Shown here: piece by piece, positions 1 through 12,884 of the stretch
Position numbering within the stretch: position 1 is the stretch's first letter
Layout of the letters: each line of letters begins with the position of its first letter
Assembly: GCA_001938485.1 (NCBI GenBank)
Contig: MQRK01213769.1
Span: forward strand, 19,888 to 83,887
From: Girardia tigrina
Taxonomy: Eukaryota
Reading direction: 5' to 3'
Length of the DNA stretch: 64,000 nucleotides
Translations under genes and position numbers: made by a program
The notes under the pieces: generated by a model
Databases searched by the model: none
Told to the model about the DNA's origin: nothing
Seen by the model: the letters and a program-made list of their open reading frames with translations, nothing else

Positions 1-526
1 AGAAAGATATCATCCACATATCTCTTATAAAGTAGTGGTTTTTTCCTCAAAAACAATTCTATTTTTTCTTCAATGGAAGAAAGAAATATAGAGGCTAACG
101 TCGGAGCCAATGGTGAACCAATTGCAACCCCATCTATTTGTTTGTACCATTCACCATTAAAGAGAAAATGGACATTTGAAATAGCAAATGTTAAGAGTTT
201 TCGAAAAGCAACTTCATCTAAATCAGAATTGTCCAGATTATTTTTTATGCCAAAGTTCACAACATAATTCGATGGTTTCCTGTAACGGAACATTAGTAAA
301 TAGACTCGATACGTCAAAGGAAACCATAAAATCATTTTCAGTTCGTATTTCAAAATTAGCTATGGAATTCACAAACTCAAAACTGTCCTTACAAATAAAA
401 TCATTAGGAATGAAAGATTTTATCTTCGTATCTAGATATTTAGCAATATTATATAGAGACGTACGGATCATAGATAAAACCGGTCGCATCGGAACTCCAT
501 CTTTCCACGTTTTCAAAATCTATTAA
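1..526 (-). mobile_element. Penelope-like element (PLE) reverse transcriptase fragment, disrupted, inverted relative to the adjacent GIY-YIG part
   Basis: Minus-strand translation: PMRPVLSM...MVSFDVSSLFTNVPLQETI..., then F.FNGEWYKQIDGVAMGSPLAPTLASIFL and YKRYVDDIF (frameshifted), the characteristic PLE RT motifs. Confidence 0.92.
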
Positions 527-559
527 AAGTATTTATACATTGAGTAAGTTATTTAATAA

Positions 560-1320
560 TAACGGTTACTCTAAGTCCATCATAGACAGACTCACTCGTG
601 AGACTGCAGATAAAATAATCGAAAAAGAAAAAATAAAAAAAATAATAGTTTAAACATTGAAAACTGCTTTACGCCTGGGTATACTCTAAGCTTACCTTAC
701 TTCGAGAGTTTTAAACACCTCAAAAATTCAATCTTGAAATGAACAAATAACATTTTAAATTTAAAAATTATTTCTCAATCATTTAAAGTTGAGAATATGT
801 TTTGCAATAAATCACATACTCCTTTAGGATTGTGTTCGGACATTGTTTATCAATATACATGTAATGGGTGCAATGCCACGTACATCGGAGAGACTGCTCA
901 TCATCTCTGCAAACGAGTTCAAGAACACAGTCAAAAAGGAGGAAAGAGTAATATTACTGAGCATAAAAAACATGTAAATGTAATATGAGCATAAATGATT
1001 TTAAGATTTTGTTCAAGCATTTTAAAAATTATTGGGAGAGAGTGTCATGTGAAGCATTATTGATAAGATCATGTGATCCTAAAATCAATGTTCAAACAGC
1101 ACTCTCAACTAATTTGTTAAGAGTTTTCGATTAGACTTACGTAAGCGATTGCACAATCATTCATTTCTTATATAAAAGCAATAAAAAAGAACATAATTAG
1201 TGATCTGATGACGACGGTTAAACCGTCGAAATATATTATCCTAAAACATATTTTTAAACGGTATTTATTTGTTTATAAAAGTTTAATTTAAGATTTTTTA
1301 AAAAATGATAAGTCACGACG
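560..1320 (+). mobile_element. PLE 3' part: thumb/linker, GIY-YIG endonuclease and pLTR
   Basis: NGYSK linker; VYQYTCNGCNATYIGETAHHLCKRVQEH; YWERVSCEALLIRSCDPKINVQ; followed by TATA and a hammerhead motif. Confidence 0.92.
1197..1244 (+). ncRNA. Minimal type I hammerhead ribozyme in PLE pLTR (intact core)
   Basis: ttag-t-gat CTGATGA c gacgg-ttaaa-ccgtc GAAA tat ATT atc-ctaa: core boxes intact, 5-bp stem II, stem I with one bulge, palindromic stem III (ATATAT), AUU cleavage triplet. Confidence 0.85.
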
Positions 1321-2156
1321 TAAAATTAAATTTGTAAATTCCTAAATTAAAAAAAAAACAATAAATTAAAAACAATCGTATTTATATTTGATTGTTGGAG
1401 CGGAGAATTGCCAATTTTGACAGAACATTTTTGCCATTCTAGTAATTCATAAATAAAAATATAATTAAATAAATAAATTAAAAGAATTAAATAAATTAAA
1501 TAAAAAAAAATTTTATTAACATTAATAAATTAAATAAATAAATAAATTCCGATTTAAATCATTATTTGGCTGTGTTCCATTATGAGGTAATTTTCATAAT
1601 CAAATAGATGCGAATAAATGTCATTGTTGTTCAATTTTTCAAGTTTTATATGAGACATTAAGAAAATTACCAAATTTTCTGTCTTACAGCAGTTGGTATT
1701 CGTGTTTTTACAAATTTAATCAATTCATCAAAAAAACTTTCCTTCAAAAACGTCAAATGGTCGTTGTAAATATTGATCATTTTGGAATTTAAAATGTAAA
1801 TTATGAATGGTGAGCCTCATTTTTGTTTTGTTCTGATTGCGGTTAATGTCTGCCTGGTAAGTAAGTTGTTGTGTAATGTGATATGTATCTTTGTTTGTGT
1901 GATTATGTAATGTAATTTGATTGAATGAACCTTGGGATTGAATGTAAGTGTGTATGCATGTTTTGTTTAATGTGGAATGTGATTGGTTTAAGTATGTGTG
2001 TGGTGTGTAATTTTTTTTAAATGAATTTTTGTCACAATTAAATCAATTCCGATTAATGTTAAGTTTTCGTAAAAATAAAAAAATTTCGGATCTCTCAAAT
2101 TTTTTTTGATTATTATTATTAACATTCGAATTAAAAGTGATTTTGAAAATTAATAA

Positions 2157-2520
2157 AATGCAAAAAAAATAATAAAATTAAAAAAAAATCGACAAAAAAA
2201 TTGTGATAAATATAAAAATATGACAGAAGACGAAAAAATGGAAAACTTGAATAATAAAATGGCATCCTGTATCAGTGACGATGATTTGGAAAACCGTAAT
2301 TTCATTCTGAGAATACAAAAGATTCTAATGACCAAAATAATTTCGTAAAAATTGATTTAACAATTTCCAGTGATAATAAGACTGTATGTGTTAGTGAAGA
2401 CTCTTGTAAATTTGAATTGCGTAAACGAGATGGAATTCCGCTCATTGTTGTGTTCTTGAAAATGAAAGGTGATTACTACCGTTATCTGTCCAAAACAACG
2501 TGGAGACACGGAATCCCCTC
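2157..2520 (+). pseudogene. Decayed TRAF-like fragment (coiled coil + MATH/TRAF-C)
   Basis: ...EKMENLNNKMASCISDDDLENRNFILRIQKI (frameshift) ...VSEDSCKFELRKRDGIPLIVVFLKMKGDYYRYLSKTTW resembles TRAF DG.FIWKI / GYKMCLR / SLFFVLMKGEYDALL.W; manual alignment only. Confidence 0.55.
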
Positions 2521-2774
2521 CAATTGTCTTTATGGTTTTTGTAAAAGAAAGACTGTTCCTCAAAAATTAGTTATTGAAATATATTATTGTGTTATATGAA
2601 TAAAATTTCTGGGGTTATGACTTTTGATATCAAACGATATTAATCCCAATATCATTTAAATACTCTTTAATGTTCGTTTATCTCTGAAATAAGACGCTAA
2701 CACATTCTCTAGCATTCAGTTTTTGATTTTCCGTTACAGATTTAGACTTAACTGCTTTACAAAGTCATGGGCCC

Positions 2775-5398
2775 TGTTAGGAGCGTTGTTGAGTTCATAA
2801 AATTTTTGAATCTATAATCTTATCAAATTAATAATTAAACATTCCGTAAAATATTGTTATAGATATGGTAAAATAAGATTTTCAGAAATTTAATGTAAAA
2901 ATTAATTTATGTAAGAAATAAAATAAATTTTACGGTAGGTTTATTAAAAGATTTATGCAAAGATTTACTTTAAAATAAAAATGTTAATTTGAAATTTGAT
3001 GAAAATATTTAATTGAAATAAAATCAAAAGTAATATAAAATTTAATATTTTATTTGCGAAATGAAAATAAACTAAATTATTTTTTGTAACTTTATTTTAC
3101 ACGATTAAATCGAAGTAAATTAAAAATGTAATTATAATTTTTTTGGAAATTGTAATTGGAATCAAAATATATTTGTAAAACAATTAAATCGACTTAAATG
3201 AAAATGCGATTTTAATTTTATTTTGGAAAACGTAATTATTAATCGAAATATAATTTTATTTTTATGTGAAAAATGGGTAATTTAAAAGTTGTTAAATTAA
3301 ACGAAATTACAATTTTAAATTATATTTTCAAAATATTATTTTATTAAATCCAAAGTAATTTTTAAAACTTTTATGAAAACGAAATGAAAATGCTATTGTA
3401 TAGAATTGGAAAATTTAATTGAGAAACAGATAAATTTAAATGTACAATAAAATTGAAATTTAATAAAAGATGCAACAAAATCTTTGTGACAAAATTTTAA
3501 TAAATTCACTTTATCATTTTTTTAAACAAAAAGTATAGAATTTTAATTTGTAATAAATACAATAACCATATTTATATTTATATCAATTCTTATTTGTAAT
3601 GGTTTGTGTAAAAAGAAAGTGCAAGAAGTTTCTCAAAAATATTTGTTTAAAACACTTAAATTGTGGTAGAAATACGTGTTGCGCTCCATAAGTAGTGAGC
3701 CTAACATAAAAATAATAATCCGATTCCAATGAAATTTATTTGTCATAACAAGCAAAGTATAAAGGTATCATTTCTCAAAATCTCCATTCACACCAACACA
3801 TTTTTTCCAGCGCACAACAAGGTCCAGAAAGGCTTTTTCGAAGAATTTCGGTGGCTGTTGAGCCAATAAACTGCATCCTTCAAGTCTTCTTTCGTAGCAA
3901 AATGTTGACCCTTGAGAGCTCGCTTACGGAAGTTGAAGAGATGATAATCAGATGGCGCCAGATCCGGCCTGTATGGATGGTGCCACAACTCTCAATTGAT
4001 GACATTGACAGCCCACTTGTGTGGATGGGTGCATTGTCGAGCAAATAATATAACTCACAAATTCTGCTCTTCCTTCTCAGCTTTCTGGCCTATAGCACGA
4101 GCCGGGTGTAGTATTCACTGTTGATTCGAACACCAGCTTCTGCAAAATCAGCAAGGATCATTCCATTTGAATCCCAAAAAGTGGTGAGCATGAGAGCTTT
4201 TTTGTGAGAGGTTGATGATTGTATCTTCTTCGAACACCCTTCCCCTTGCAGCTTCCATTCTTGAGACTCACGTCTTGATTCTGGGACATAAAGGGCAAGT
4301 GGTGTTATATCCATTGTCATAATATTCTGTAAAAAGCGGTCTCCAATACGTTCATAGAGGTTTAAGTTTTCCTGGCAGCACATCAATCGCCGATCCTTCA
4401 TGTCTGCTGTTAAAAACCGTGGTACGAAGCGTGAACACAATTATCTAATTCCAGTTTCCGCTAGCAGTGATTGTCTGGTACCCGTGCTGATATTTAATCG
4501 CATTGTCAGTTCTCTGGTGTGATTCGAAGCTCATACTGCACAATTTTCTTGAGTTTTTTCGTTATTTCTTCGCCAATTTCACGTGGTTTACCTGACTTTT
4601 CTTCATCAAAAACAGACGTTCGACGATCTTGAAAATGGTTGAATTCTCGTTTGACAGTAGATATGGATGAACTCTCTTCGCAATAAACAGAACTAAGCTC
4701 CACGAATATTTCTTTCCGGTTTTTCCCTTTCATTAACAAGAAACAAATAACGCTTCGATATTGGACGTTTTTCAATGACATTTTCGAATTTATGCGCTCT
4801 CTAACCTAAACAAAAATAATAGATTAAAACAAATATCACAAATATTACCTTAATAACTTGCTTGATATAAAAAAAATTCATTGAAATCAGAATATTATTT
4901 CTATGTTAGGCTCACTACTTATTGAGCGCACCACATAAAGTTTTGCGTTAATGACAATTTCTTATAGTCCCCAATGATCTATCAACTTATATTTCAAGGT
5001 ATATTCCCCTCAAGTCACAAATTTCTAACATATTCAACTTCTCAGTTTCTAAAAATGTACTAAATTCCCTTGTCATAAAATTCGATAAATTTTAAGTAAT
5101 TACATAAGCTTCTGATTGTCACAGTTGTTTTTTAGAAAGCTTTGATTGTCGTATGCTATTATATTCTTACATCTTATTGTTCTTCTTTTATTTATGTAGT
5201 TCACTGTCGCACGGTTAAGGTATAATTAAGTATCTTTAAGTATTACCGACTCATTTCTGAAAATTTTTCCGAACTCAGTTCCTTAACTTGTGTTCTGAAT
5301 TGAATTTGATATTTTTATATCTTGTAATGTTATTATTTATTTATATTCAATTTCCGTTTTATCTCCCCTCAAAGACAGTCAAATTTAATTAGAGAACA
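2775..5398 (+). mobile_element. Solo-LTR-like AT-rich repeat interrupted by a mariner
   Basis: Starts TGTTAGG, ends ...AACA; 2840-3670 aligns by eye with 49575-50235 and shares blocks with 59033-59915 (e.g. gttcctca.aaat.tgttt; caaagaca.tcaaatt). Confidence 0.55.
3675..4935 (-). mobile_element. Full-length mariner (DD34D), frameshifted transposase
   Basis: TA-flanked TIRs cgtgttgcgctccataagtagtgagcctaacat / atgttaggctcactacttattgagcgcaccaca; ORF pieces with HTH, CSRFVPRFL, FWDSNG, HPYRPDLAPSDYHLF. Confidence 0.95.
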
Positions 5399-5654
5399 TT
5401 AATGAATTAAAATGATAATCTCTGATTATTTTTGCTTTTTGTTATTGTAGTCTTGTATATATATTTTTATCTACGAAATAAAAGAATAAATAATTAAATT
5501 TAAATAAATAAAAAAATAAGAAAAATAATTTAAAACGATTAAATAAATAATGTTTAAAATATAAAAAAAAATTTTAATAGTGTTCATTTTTTAAATGAAT
5601 AAAGGCCTTTAGTTGATTATGATGACTCATTGAGTAATGTTTTTTTTGTTATTT

Positions 5655-6800
5655 TTAAAATTCCTTGTGAGCCAGTATATTTGTAAAATGCCGAGTAAAA
5701 TCCTGCATGTGTATTGGAATCGAGCCGAGTAATGATGAAAGAGAGTGAGAAAGTAATGAGTGAATAATTACCGACAGTGAAATAAAATTTTCCTTTTTAT
5801 TGTTACAATTTTTGCTTATTTTTAATGTCGAAAAAAATGCTCTGTGCAAATTCAACATTTGTTCTGACTGAATAATTTGAAACTAATAATATTTGTTTTG
5901 TCGAATTATCGATTATTTTTATTTTTTGGAGAAAAATTCTAAATGTACGATCTCATATATTTTTGTTGGTAAAAGCGATCTGATATATTTCTTTGTGCAA
6001 AAAAACAATCTGAATATATTTTGTTAAATTGAGTAAACGTTATCAAATTATTATTTTCGGACTTTTGAATTATTTTTAAATGAAAATAAAACGGGCTCAG
6101 TAAAACAAGTCCGAATTCCTGATTAACATTCACAGCTCTGCTATCACCGTTTGGTATTTTGGTTAACCTGGAATTTGGGTTGAACAACTTGTATTCATTT
6201 TTTATTTATAACAGCTAGTACGTCTATTTCCAGCAACACTTTTCACCGAAATCCAATGCAGATTAATCTTCATATTAAACACCGTATTTAGTTTTCGTTC
6301 ACCTTTAGTTTCTATAAAGAGAAATTTCCGTCGGTCCGAATAATGTTTTGGGACTCTGAAAAACTCACTCAATGTGATTTGATTGTATCAAACATTTTTT
6401 AAAACGTGGTTGTCTATTATTTCCTACTGATTAGTGTTCTTAGTGCTTACACTTTAACGCAAACCTCAATTATTGATTGTCGCGTGCATTATATCAATAA
6501 ACCTGTATATAATTACTTTGTCTAATGAATTCAAAAGTAGTGATATTAAGTCACTCCGAGGAGAATGCCGACATCAAACAATTACACATTCCATTGATGC
6601 TGAGATAAAACTTATCAATACCACCGTCGCAACCCCTTTCATCGACCGAAACTGTCAGTGTAACTTAAAAATGTTGCTCTTGATCAATTTAAACGAGACA
6701 CTTTACGCGCTACTATGTTCATGCCATGAAAGTAGCTTTTCTTTTTATTGATTTAGAGGACCCATGCTTCACTAAAACGTTTGTCTATTTGGTACCATAC
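5655..6800 (-). pseudogene. Degenerate coding-like region, probable TRAF/MATH-like remnant(s)
   Basis: IIQSEQMLNLHRAFFSTLKISKNCNNKKENFISLSVII keeps register with TRAF [37 protein letters not shown]; NGDS(R/K) shared with the 25.1 kb copy; many stops. Confidence 0.35.
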
Positions 6801-6885
6801 AGTTGTTTTTAACTAACGTAGAACTAATGTAATTTCATTGATTGATTCATCTGTCCAAAGAAAATACGTAAAACCTTAAATAAAA

Positions 6886-7405
6886 TACGAAAACTAACCA
6901 AAATACATTATAGATTTCAACATAAAAAAACTTTTCAAAAAATATTTGCAATTAATAACATTGTATAAATATGTATAACAAAAATCTAAAATCACAAGGT
7001 AAGAATTGGCGGCTTTGTATGTCTTGTCACTTTATTGGCTTGGCACTGGAGACAAGCTTTGCACCATAACTTGACATCGCGGCGCATGAACGGCCACACA
7101 ACTTTTGTGAGCAAAAGCTCATATGTTGCTTTGGAGCCGGAGTGAACTATGGAATGGACTGCCCTGAAAGCATCTGCACGAAGGCGTTCGCCTCGAACTG
7201 GACGACGACAGCCTGCGATGGAGGTGTCGTAGAAAATATTTCCGCGTGCAGTGGGTTTCTCATTGAAAAGAGACAAGTCCTTACCCGAGATTAATATGAT
7301 TTTAGATTTTCGTTGTACATATTTATACAATGTTATTAATTGCAAATAATTTTTGAAAAGTTTTTTTGTGTTGAAATCTATAATGTATTTTGGTTATTTT
7401 TTGTA
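6886..7405. mobile_element. TA-ended foldback element (~109-bp inverted repeats) enclosing a gypsy integrase fragment
   Basis: 6886-6994 is the near-perfect reverse complement of 7297-7405; spacer (minus) encodes HSIVHSGSKATYELLLTKVVWPFMRRDVKLWCKACLQCQANK (H2C2 zinc finger). Confidence 0.85.
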
Positions 7406-7768
7406 CTAGAAGTGAAAATAAGTTTATAATTTAAGTGAAAACAAATTCGTAAAATTAATACGTGATAAACTTTAATTAGATTGTTCGACCTTTATGAATA
7501 TCAAAGAAACATTTTCAAAAACTAAATACGTTGTAGAAATGACTTTGTTATTTATTTTTTTTACAAATTCCTATTTCCTGATTTCTAAAAAATAATTATC
7601 TAATTTAAATATAATTGTATAATTTCAGTCTTAAAGGTAATTTAGTTTTTTTTTAAAAACATCAAAGTTCTCTTTCAAAAGTTATGTATTTTATTAAACC
7701 CGAGGTAAATATAAATAAAAATTTACAACATCTTTATAATAATATCGAACGATAGAAATACTTTTTAA

Positions 7769-7840
7769 CACGTTCACTGCCGGTGACCGGCACTCGACTT
7801 GGTACACTGCCGTTGGGCCACCGGTGACCGACATCGCATA
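7769..7840 (+). mobile_element. piggyBac-like left terminus
   Basis: TTAA followed by CACGTTCACTGCCGGTGACC with short internal repeats (cactgcc, ccggtgacc); no partner end or transposase seen. Confidence 0.45.
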
Positions 7841-10059
7841 ATGAAAAATTCACGTTGGCTCCTTGGGCAAAACATGGAAAATGCGCCTGGCTGTCAACAT
7901 GTTAAGTTATATGATAAACATGAAATAGGACGTTGTTGCATTGCTTCGTACTTCATGACTAAACTATTTTCGCTAAAAACAGAAATAAAAACAATATCTT
8001 CAGATTAAATGGAAAATTGCCAGAAAGTTCAATTTTCATATATTGCAGATATGTATTTGTGTGAGTGGATTATTAAGTACCTAGAATGTACCGGATAGAT
8101 ACAACATATTTAAAGGAAATTTTTTATGGTTAAATTATAAAATATTTAGGTAATGAAAATCTAATATGTTTTGTTGTATCATTTTGTGTACTTGTTTTTC
8201 AAGCAGTGTAACATTTTTCGGATTTCATTCTTTTCTAAAATGAATCTTAATTGATATCATTATATTATCAAATTTCTTGTTTTAGGAAGAATAGACAATC
8301 AGAAAAGATTGATGTAATTACTGAATGTTAAGAGTACAAATTTTACCTCTAAAACGACACTCTACGATTGTATTGTTCAATTGAAACCTGGAAGCACTAA
8401 AGTTGTTGACGCAGTGAAATCAAGAAAAACCAGAGTAAAATGATAAGCATAATTAGAGAAACTTTGCAAGGAAATCATCAAAATAGAGAAAATGATGACC
8501 TAGAAAAAGCCCTGAGACAATCTCAATGACAGCAAAAAGAAAGATTGTGAATTATTGTAATGTTTTGGTATTGGAAAGTTAGAATTTTTGGTTTACCCAT
8601 ATTTTTTTTCTGGAGAGATGTGTGACCTCGATCGGTTGTAAGAGAATCTCGATTCTCTAGAGTCTAGAGAACCTGGATTTATGGAAAAATATGGTGAACT
8701 ATATACAATCAACATTGTCCCTAATTTTAATGCTCCGATAAGTCTCTATCTACAAAAAACAAAAGAAAATTTTTAAAAAGATATCTTCTAACTGAAAGAT
8801 TTTCACATAAATGAAGTCTGCGACAGGCATTAGAGATGCCTCATGTTGACTGTATTTTGTGATATATAATGCGTCATAAAACTGAATTTTGAGGACAAAA
8901 CAGTACAAAAGAATCAAAATTATTTATTAAATTAATTATCAAAATATTATGGAATCAAATTATTTCAATAAATACAATTTATAATTTATTTATTTTTATT
9001 TAAATCATGCTTCAAAATTATTCACATCATTAAAATTTTTATTATTTAAATTATCACTTAAAATATATCACGTAAATTTTTAAATTTTATTTTATTTTAA
9101 AAATTATCAAACATTTATTACAGTTATTAAATATTTAAGTGAAAAATATTTAAAATTTTACTTTAAATTATTTCAGACAATAATACAAAACACATTAAAA
9201 AATTTACTCACAATGACATAAAAAATTTTGATTATAAAATAGTTAATTAAAAAAATTTTATTAAAAAAAGATTATTTTATTTACTGAAATCTTTTTTTCT
9301 GAATATTCCACAATTTAAAAACATCTTCGTTGAAAAAATGTGAATAATTATAAATAATGTTTTTTTTGTAATTATTTAACATAGACTGTAAAATGTTTTT
9401 CTCAATCTACTTAAAAATAATAAAATTAAGCTAAAGGCGTCTTATAAAATGTAAAAAAAATCCAATTTCATAAAACAAAGTATTTTTTTCAATTTAAAAA
9501 AAGGCGTTTCAAAAGAATTTTTCTTTTGTTTTTTTGTAAATTTGATTATTGAAATTCTAATTTTATTTTATTAATTTCAAAATTAAATTTAAATCATTAC
9601 AAAAAATTTATTCATAAAAATTATTACAAAATTTATAAATATTTTTCTTAGTAATATATTAAAAAAATTGATTTCAAAAATGATTATTTAATTATTATTT
9701 ATTTTAAATTAATTAATAAATAATGAATATTATTTTTTAGAATATTAAAATTTTATTTTTTTTTAAATTTTTTTATTATTTATCATATTTAATATCATTT
9801 TAATATCATGTAAATAATTAAGATATATTTTCCCCTATTTTTAGTTAACAAATTATAATGTATAAAAATTAATACTCAGCAAATAAAAATAAAAACTAGT
9901 CGAATCAGGCGCAAGGTTTTTTTTGGCTTTAAATAATGATATTTTAAAATAATAAAAATATTTTTTAGAAGCATTATTTTTTATCCAGATGAAAATATTA
10001 AAAAAATTCATCGATATAAACATATTTTGAACATGTTTTTGAATTCGTTTAATGTAAGC

Positions 10060-11900
10060 TTAATGCAGCTGTAAATAATGATAATAAAATATATTTATTA
10101 AATGAATTTAAAAATGTTAATGTTATGTCACAACCTGAAATTAATCAGTATAAAATTGTATATAATGAGATGAACGGCCGACCTAGCTTAAAGATTAAAT
10201 TAAATCAAGTATTGATTAATTGTTTATTAGATACAGGGTATCGTATAAGCGAGGTAGATAAAAGTATCATAGATAAATTTAAGAATATTAGAATAAATGT
10301 GTCAGACTATAAAATATTTTGTGCTAATGACAGTTCATTGAAAATTTATGAAAAAGTTACACTACTCGTGCAAATTGATAATCGACAAAAAGATATTGAA
10401 TTTTATGTAGCCGATAGATTGTCCCCTAAATTAATTGCTGGAATGAACTTATTAAATAAACTTAAAATTAAATAAATAAAAGCTGAAAATTATAATAAGC
10501 TAAATACAAATGATTTTGAAAATATCGAGAATAATTATGTTTGTAACTTGGAGGTAAATATTGCAATAAATATTAAAGTACATATATATATGTTACAGAC
10601 ATCTGAGAGTGAGAGATTTAGCCATGCTGTCAAAATATTTAATGTTAAGAGAAATTCAAATTTATATAAAGTTTTGGAAAAACATAAAAATGTTTTTATG
10701 GTCCATCAGTGGGACATAGGTTGCACTAAAATACTAGAATATAAGATATTAACTAAAGGTCCACCAATTATGATTAATCCTAGACGTCAACCAATGCATT
10801 TAGTAGGGAAAATCGATGAAGCAATCTCAAACTTCAAAAAGTATGGAGTTATTAGGAAGTGCAACTCCCCATGGAATGCGCCCATGGTGTGCGTTTGGAA
10901 GAAAGAAAAGAAAGACATTCGACTATGCAGGGATTTCCGACAATTAAATCAAATTACAGAAAGACTGGCATTTCCCTTGCCGAATATTGAAGAAATGCTG
11001 TATGTACGAAACGGGGCCAGATACTTTAGTACGATTGACCTAGAGAACGTGTATTATCAAGCAAAATTAGATTAAGAATCTCAAGAAAAGATAGCTTTTT
11101 CAACGAAACATGGCCAATATTGTTTTAGCCAGATGCCGTTTGGAATATCAGCCGCTCCTGTGACATTTCAAAAACTGATGACAAGAGTCTTAGGTGATCT
11201 GAATTGGAGAGAAGCGATAGTTTATTTAGACGGCATTTTAGTATTTTCAAGAGATTTAAATGAACACTTATTATGGTTGGCGAAAGTTTTGACTAGGATT
11301 GAGGACGCGGGATTAAGGATCAATCCACAAAAATGTCTTTTACTGAATGAAGAAACACAGTTTTTTGGTCACATAATTAATGCATAAGGTATTAAAACGG
11401 ATCAAAAAAAATTGAAGCGATTACTACATTTGAAAGATCTAACTGTCTAAAAAAATTGAGGTGTTTTTAGGACTATGTAATTATTACCGGAAATTTATTA
11501 GAGATTATTCAAAATATTCAAGACAATTAGAACAACTATGTCGTCGAAACAAAGAAAAATTACTATGGACAAACGAATGCGACGAAGCTTTTAAGAACAT
11601 GAAAGCCGCTCTTATCGATACTCCGGTGTTATCATACCCCAATTTCAATAAGGAATTTATTCTAGATACTGACGCAAGCTTTGACGTTATAGGAGCAGTA
11701 TTGTCACAACAAGACGATAAATTGAATGAAAGAGTTATTACATACGACTCACATCCGATGAGTAAACAAGAAGTAGGATATTGCATTACTCGGAAAGAGT
11801 TATTAGAAATATATTATTTTACGAATCACTTTAAACACTTTTTATGTGGGAAAAGATTTACGCTAAGAACGGACCACAAAGCAATTACTTTTATGCTCAT
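10060..11900 (+). mobile_element. Ty3/gypsy pol, 5' part (protease, RT, RNase H), disrupted
   Basis: CLLDTG protease; SPWNAPMVCV, MPFGISAAP, YLDGILVFS (YLDD mutated); FILDTDASFDVIGAVLSQ, LRTDHKAI. Confidence 0.95.
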
Positions 11901-11937
11901 GGTAGTGATAATACTTTTTAATTAATATATATATATG

Positions 11938-11982
<45 letters not shown>

Positions 11983-12084
11983 NNNNNNNNNNNNNNNNNN
12001 NNNNNNNNNNNNNNNNNNNNNNNNNNNNNNNNTATATATATATATATATATTAACTTATTAATTAATTCAATCAATTCAAATTA

Positions 12085-12650
12085 AATTCGAATAGTCATC
12101 ATTGGAGATAATGCGTTGTTTATTCTAAATACAACGTCGAAAGACCACAGTTTCGGATCGCATTAGTGCCGTATTGGATTAAATTGGTTTCCTATACCAA
12201 TTTGCTATACCACAATCCACTAGAACTCGTCAAATTAAAATTTGATCGCACCGGACAACATTTGGGTCTCATTTCGGCGGAAATAGAAATGTTTTAAAAG
12301 GTAATCGGATTTCTTGAAGGACGAAGAATCAGATGACCATCGATATGAATTTCGATTATTATTTTCTTCGAATAAGTCGTTTAGTGTCGTTTTGCAATGT
12401 GTCAAATCGATATTCGAGTGTTTTTGTCTTTCATCGATTTGATTGAGAATTCTTTCTCTATAGCTAAATATTTATCTTTCCTCAGTAAATTCGAATCGAA
12501 AACTGGTGGAAGAGTTTGCTATTTTTCCAAAATCGTCATTAAAAACGCATTTATTTCTTCCAATTCATTTACTTTATTCGACAATTTCATAATTTCTCGT
12601 TTTTGCAACTCATATATCTTTAAACTGATTTCAAAACTGATTTCGAAACA
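12085..12650 (-). pseudogene. Decayed coiled-coil + MATH-like fragment lying inside the gypsy pol interval
   Basis: YELQKREIMKLSNKVNELEEINAFLMTILEK*QTLPPVFDSNLLRKDKYLAIEKEFSIK; KYL.I...FSIK shared with the 44.6 kb copy; scattered stops. Confidence 0.35.
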
Positions 12651-12884
12651 GTAATTATTTATTAAAATGATAAATATAACAACAAGTCATACCGATAATT
12701 CAAATTTTTGTGTGTAACTTTTATCAAGAGTTTAATTTGATTAATCAGTCTTTCATTTTCTGTAACTAGTGAGTATGTTTTGTTTAAAGCTCGACAATGT
12801 TATTTTTATGTATGTTATTACATGTATCACAATGCGATCATATAATAGATTTCTACTGTCCCAAACTAGTACGTAAGTATATGG

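Noticed and set aside
8640-8672. Overlapping palindromes (gagaatctcgattctc; ttctctagagtctagagaa)
   Set aside because: Single occurrence, no recognisable RNA motif or context.
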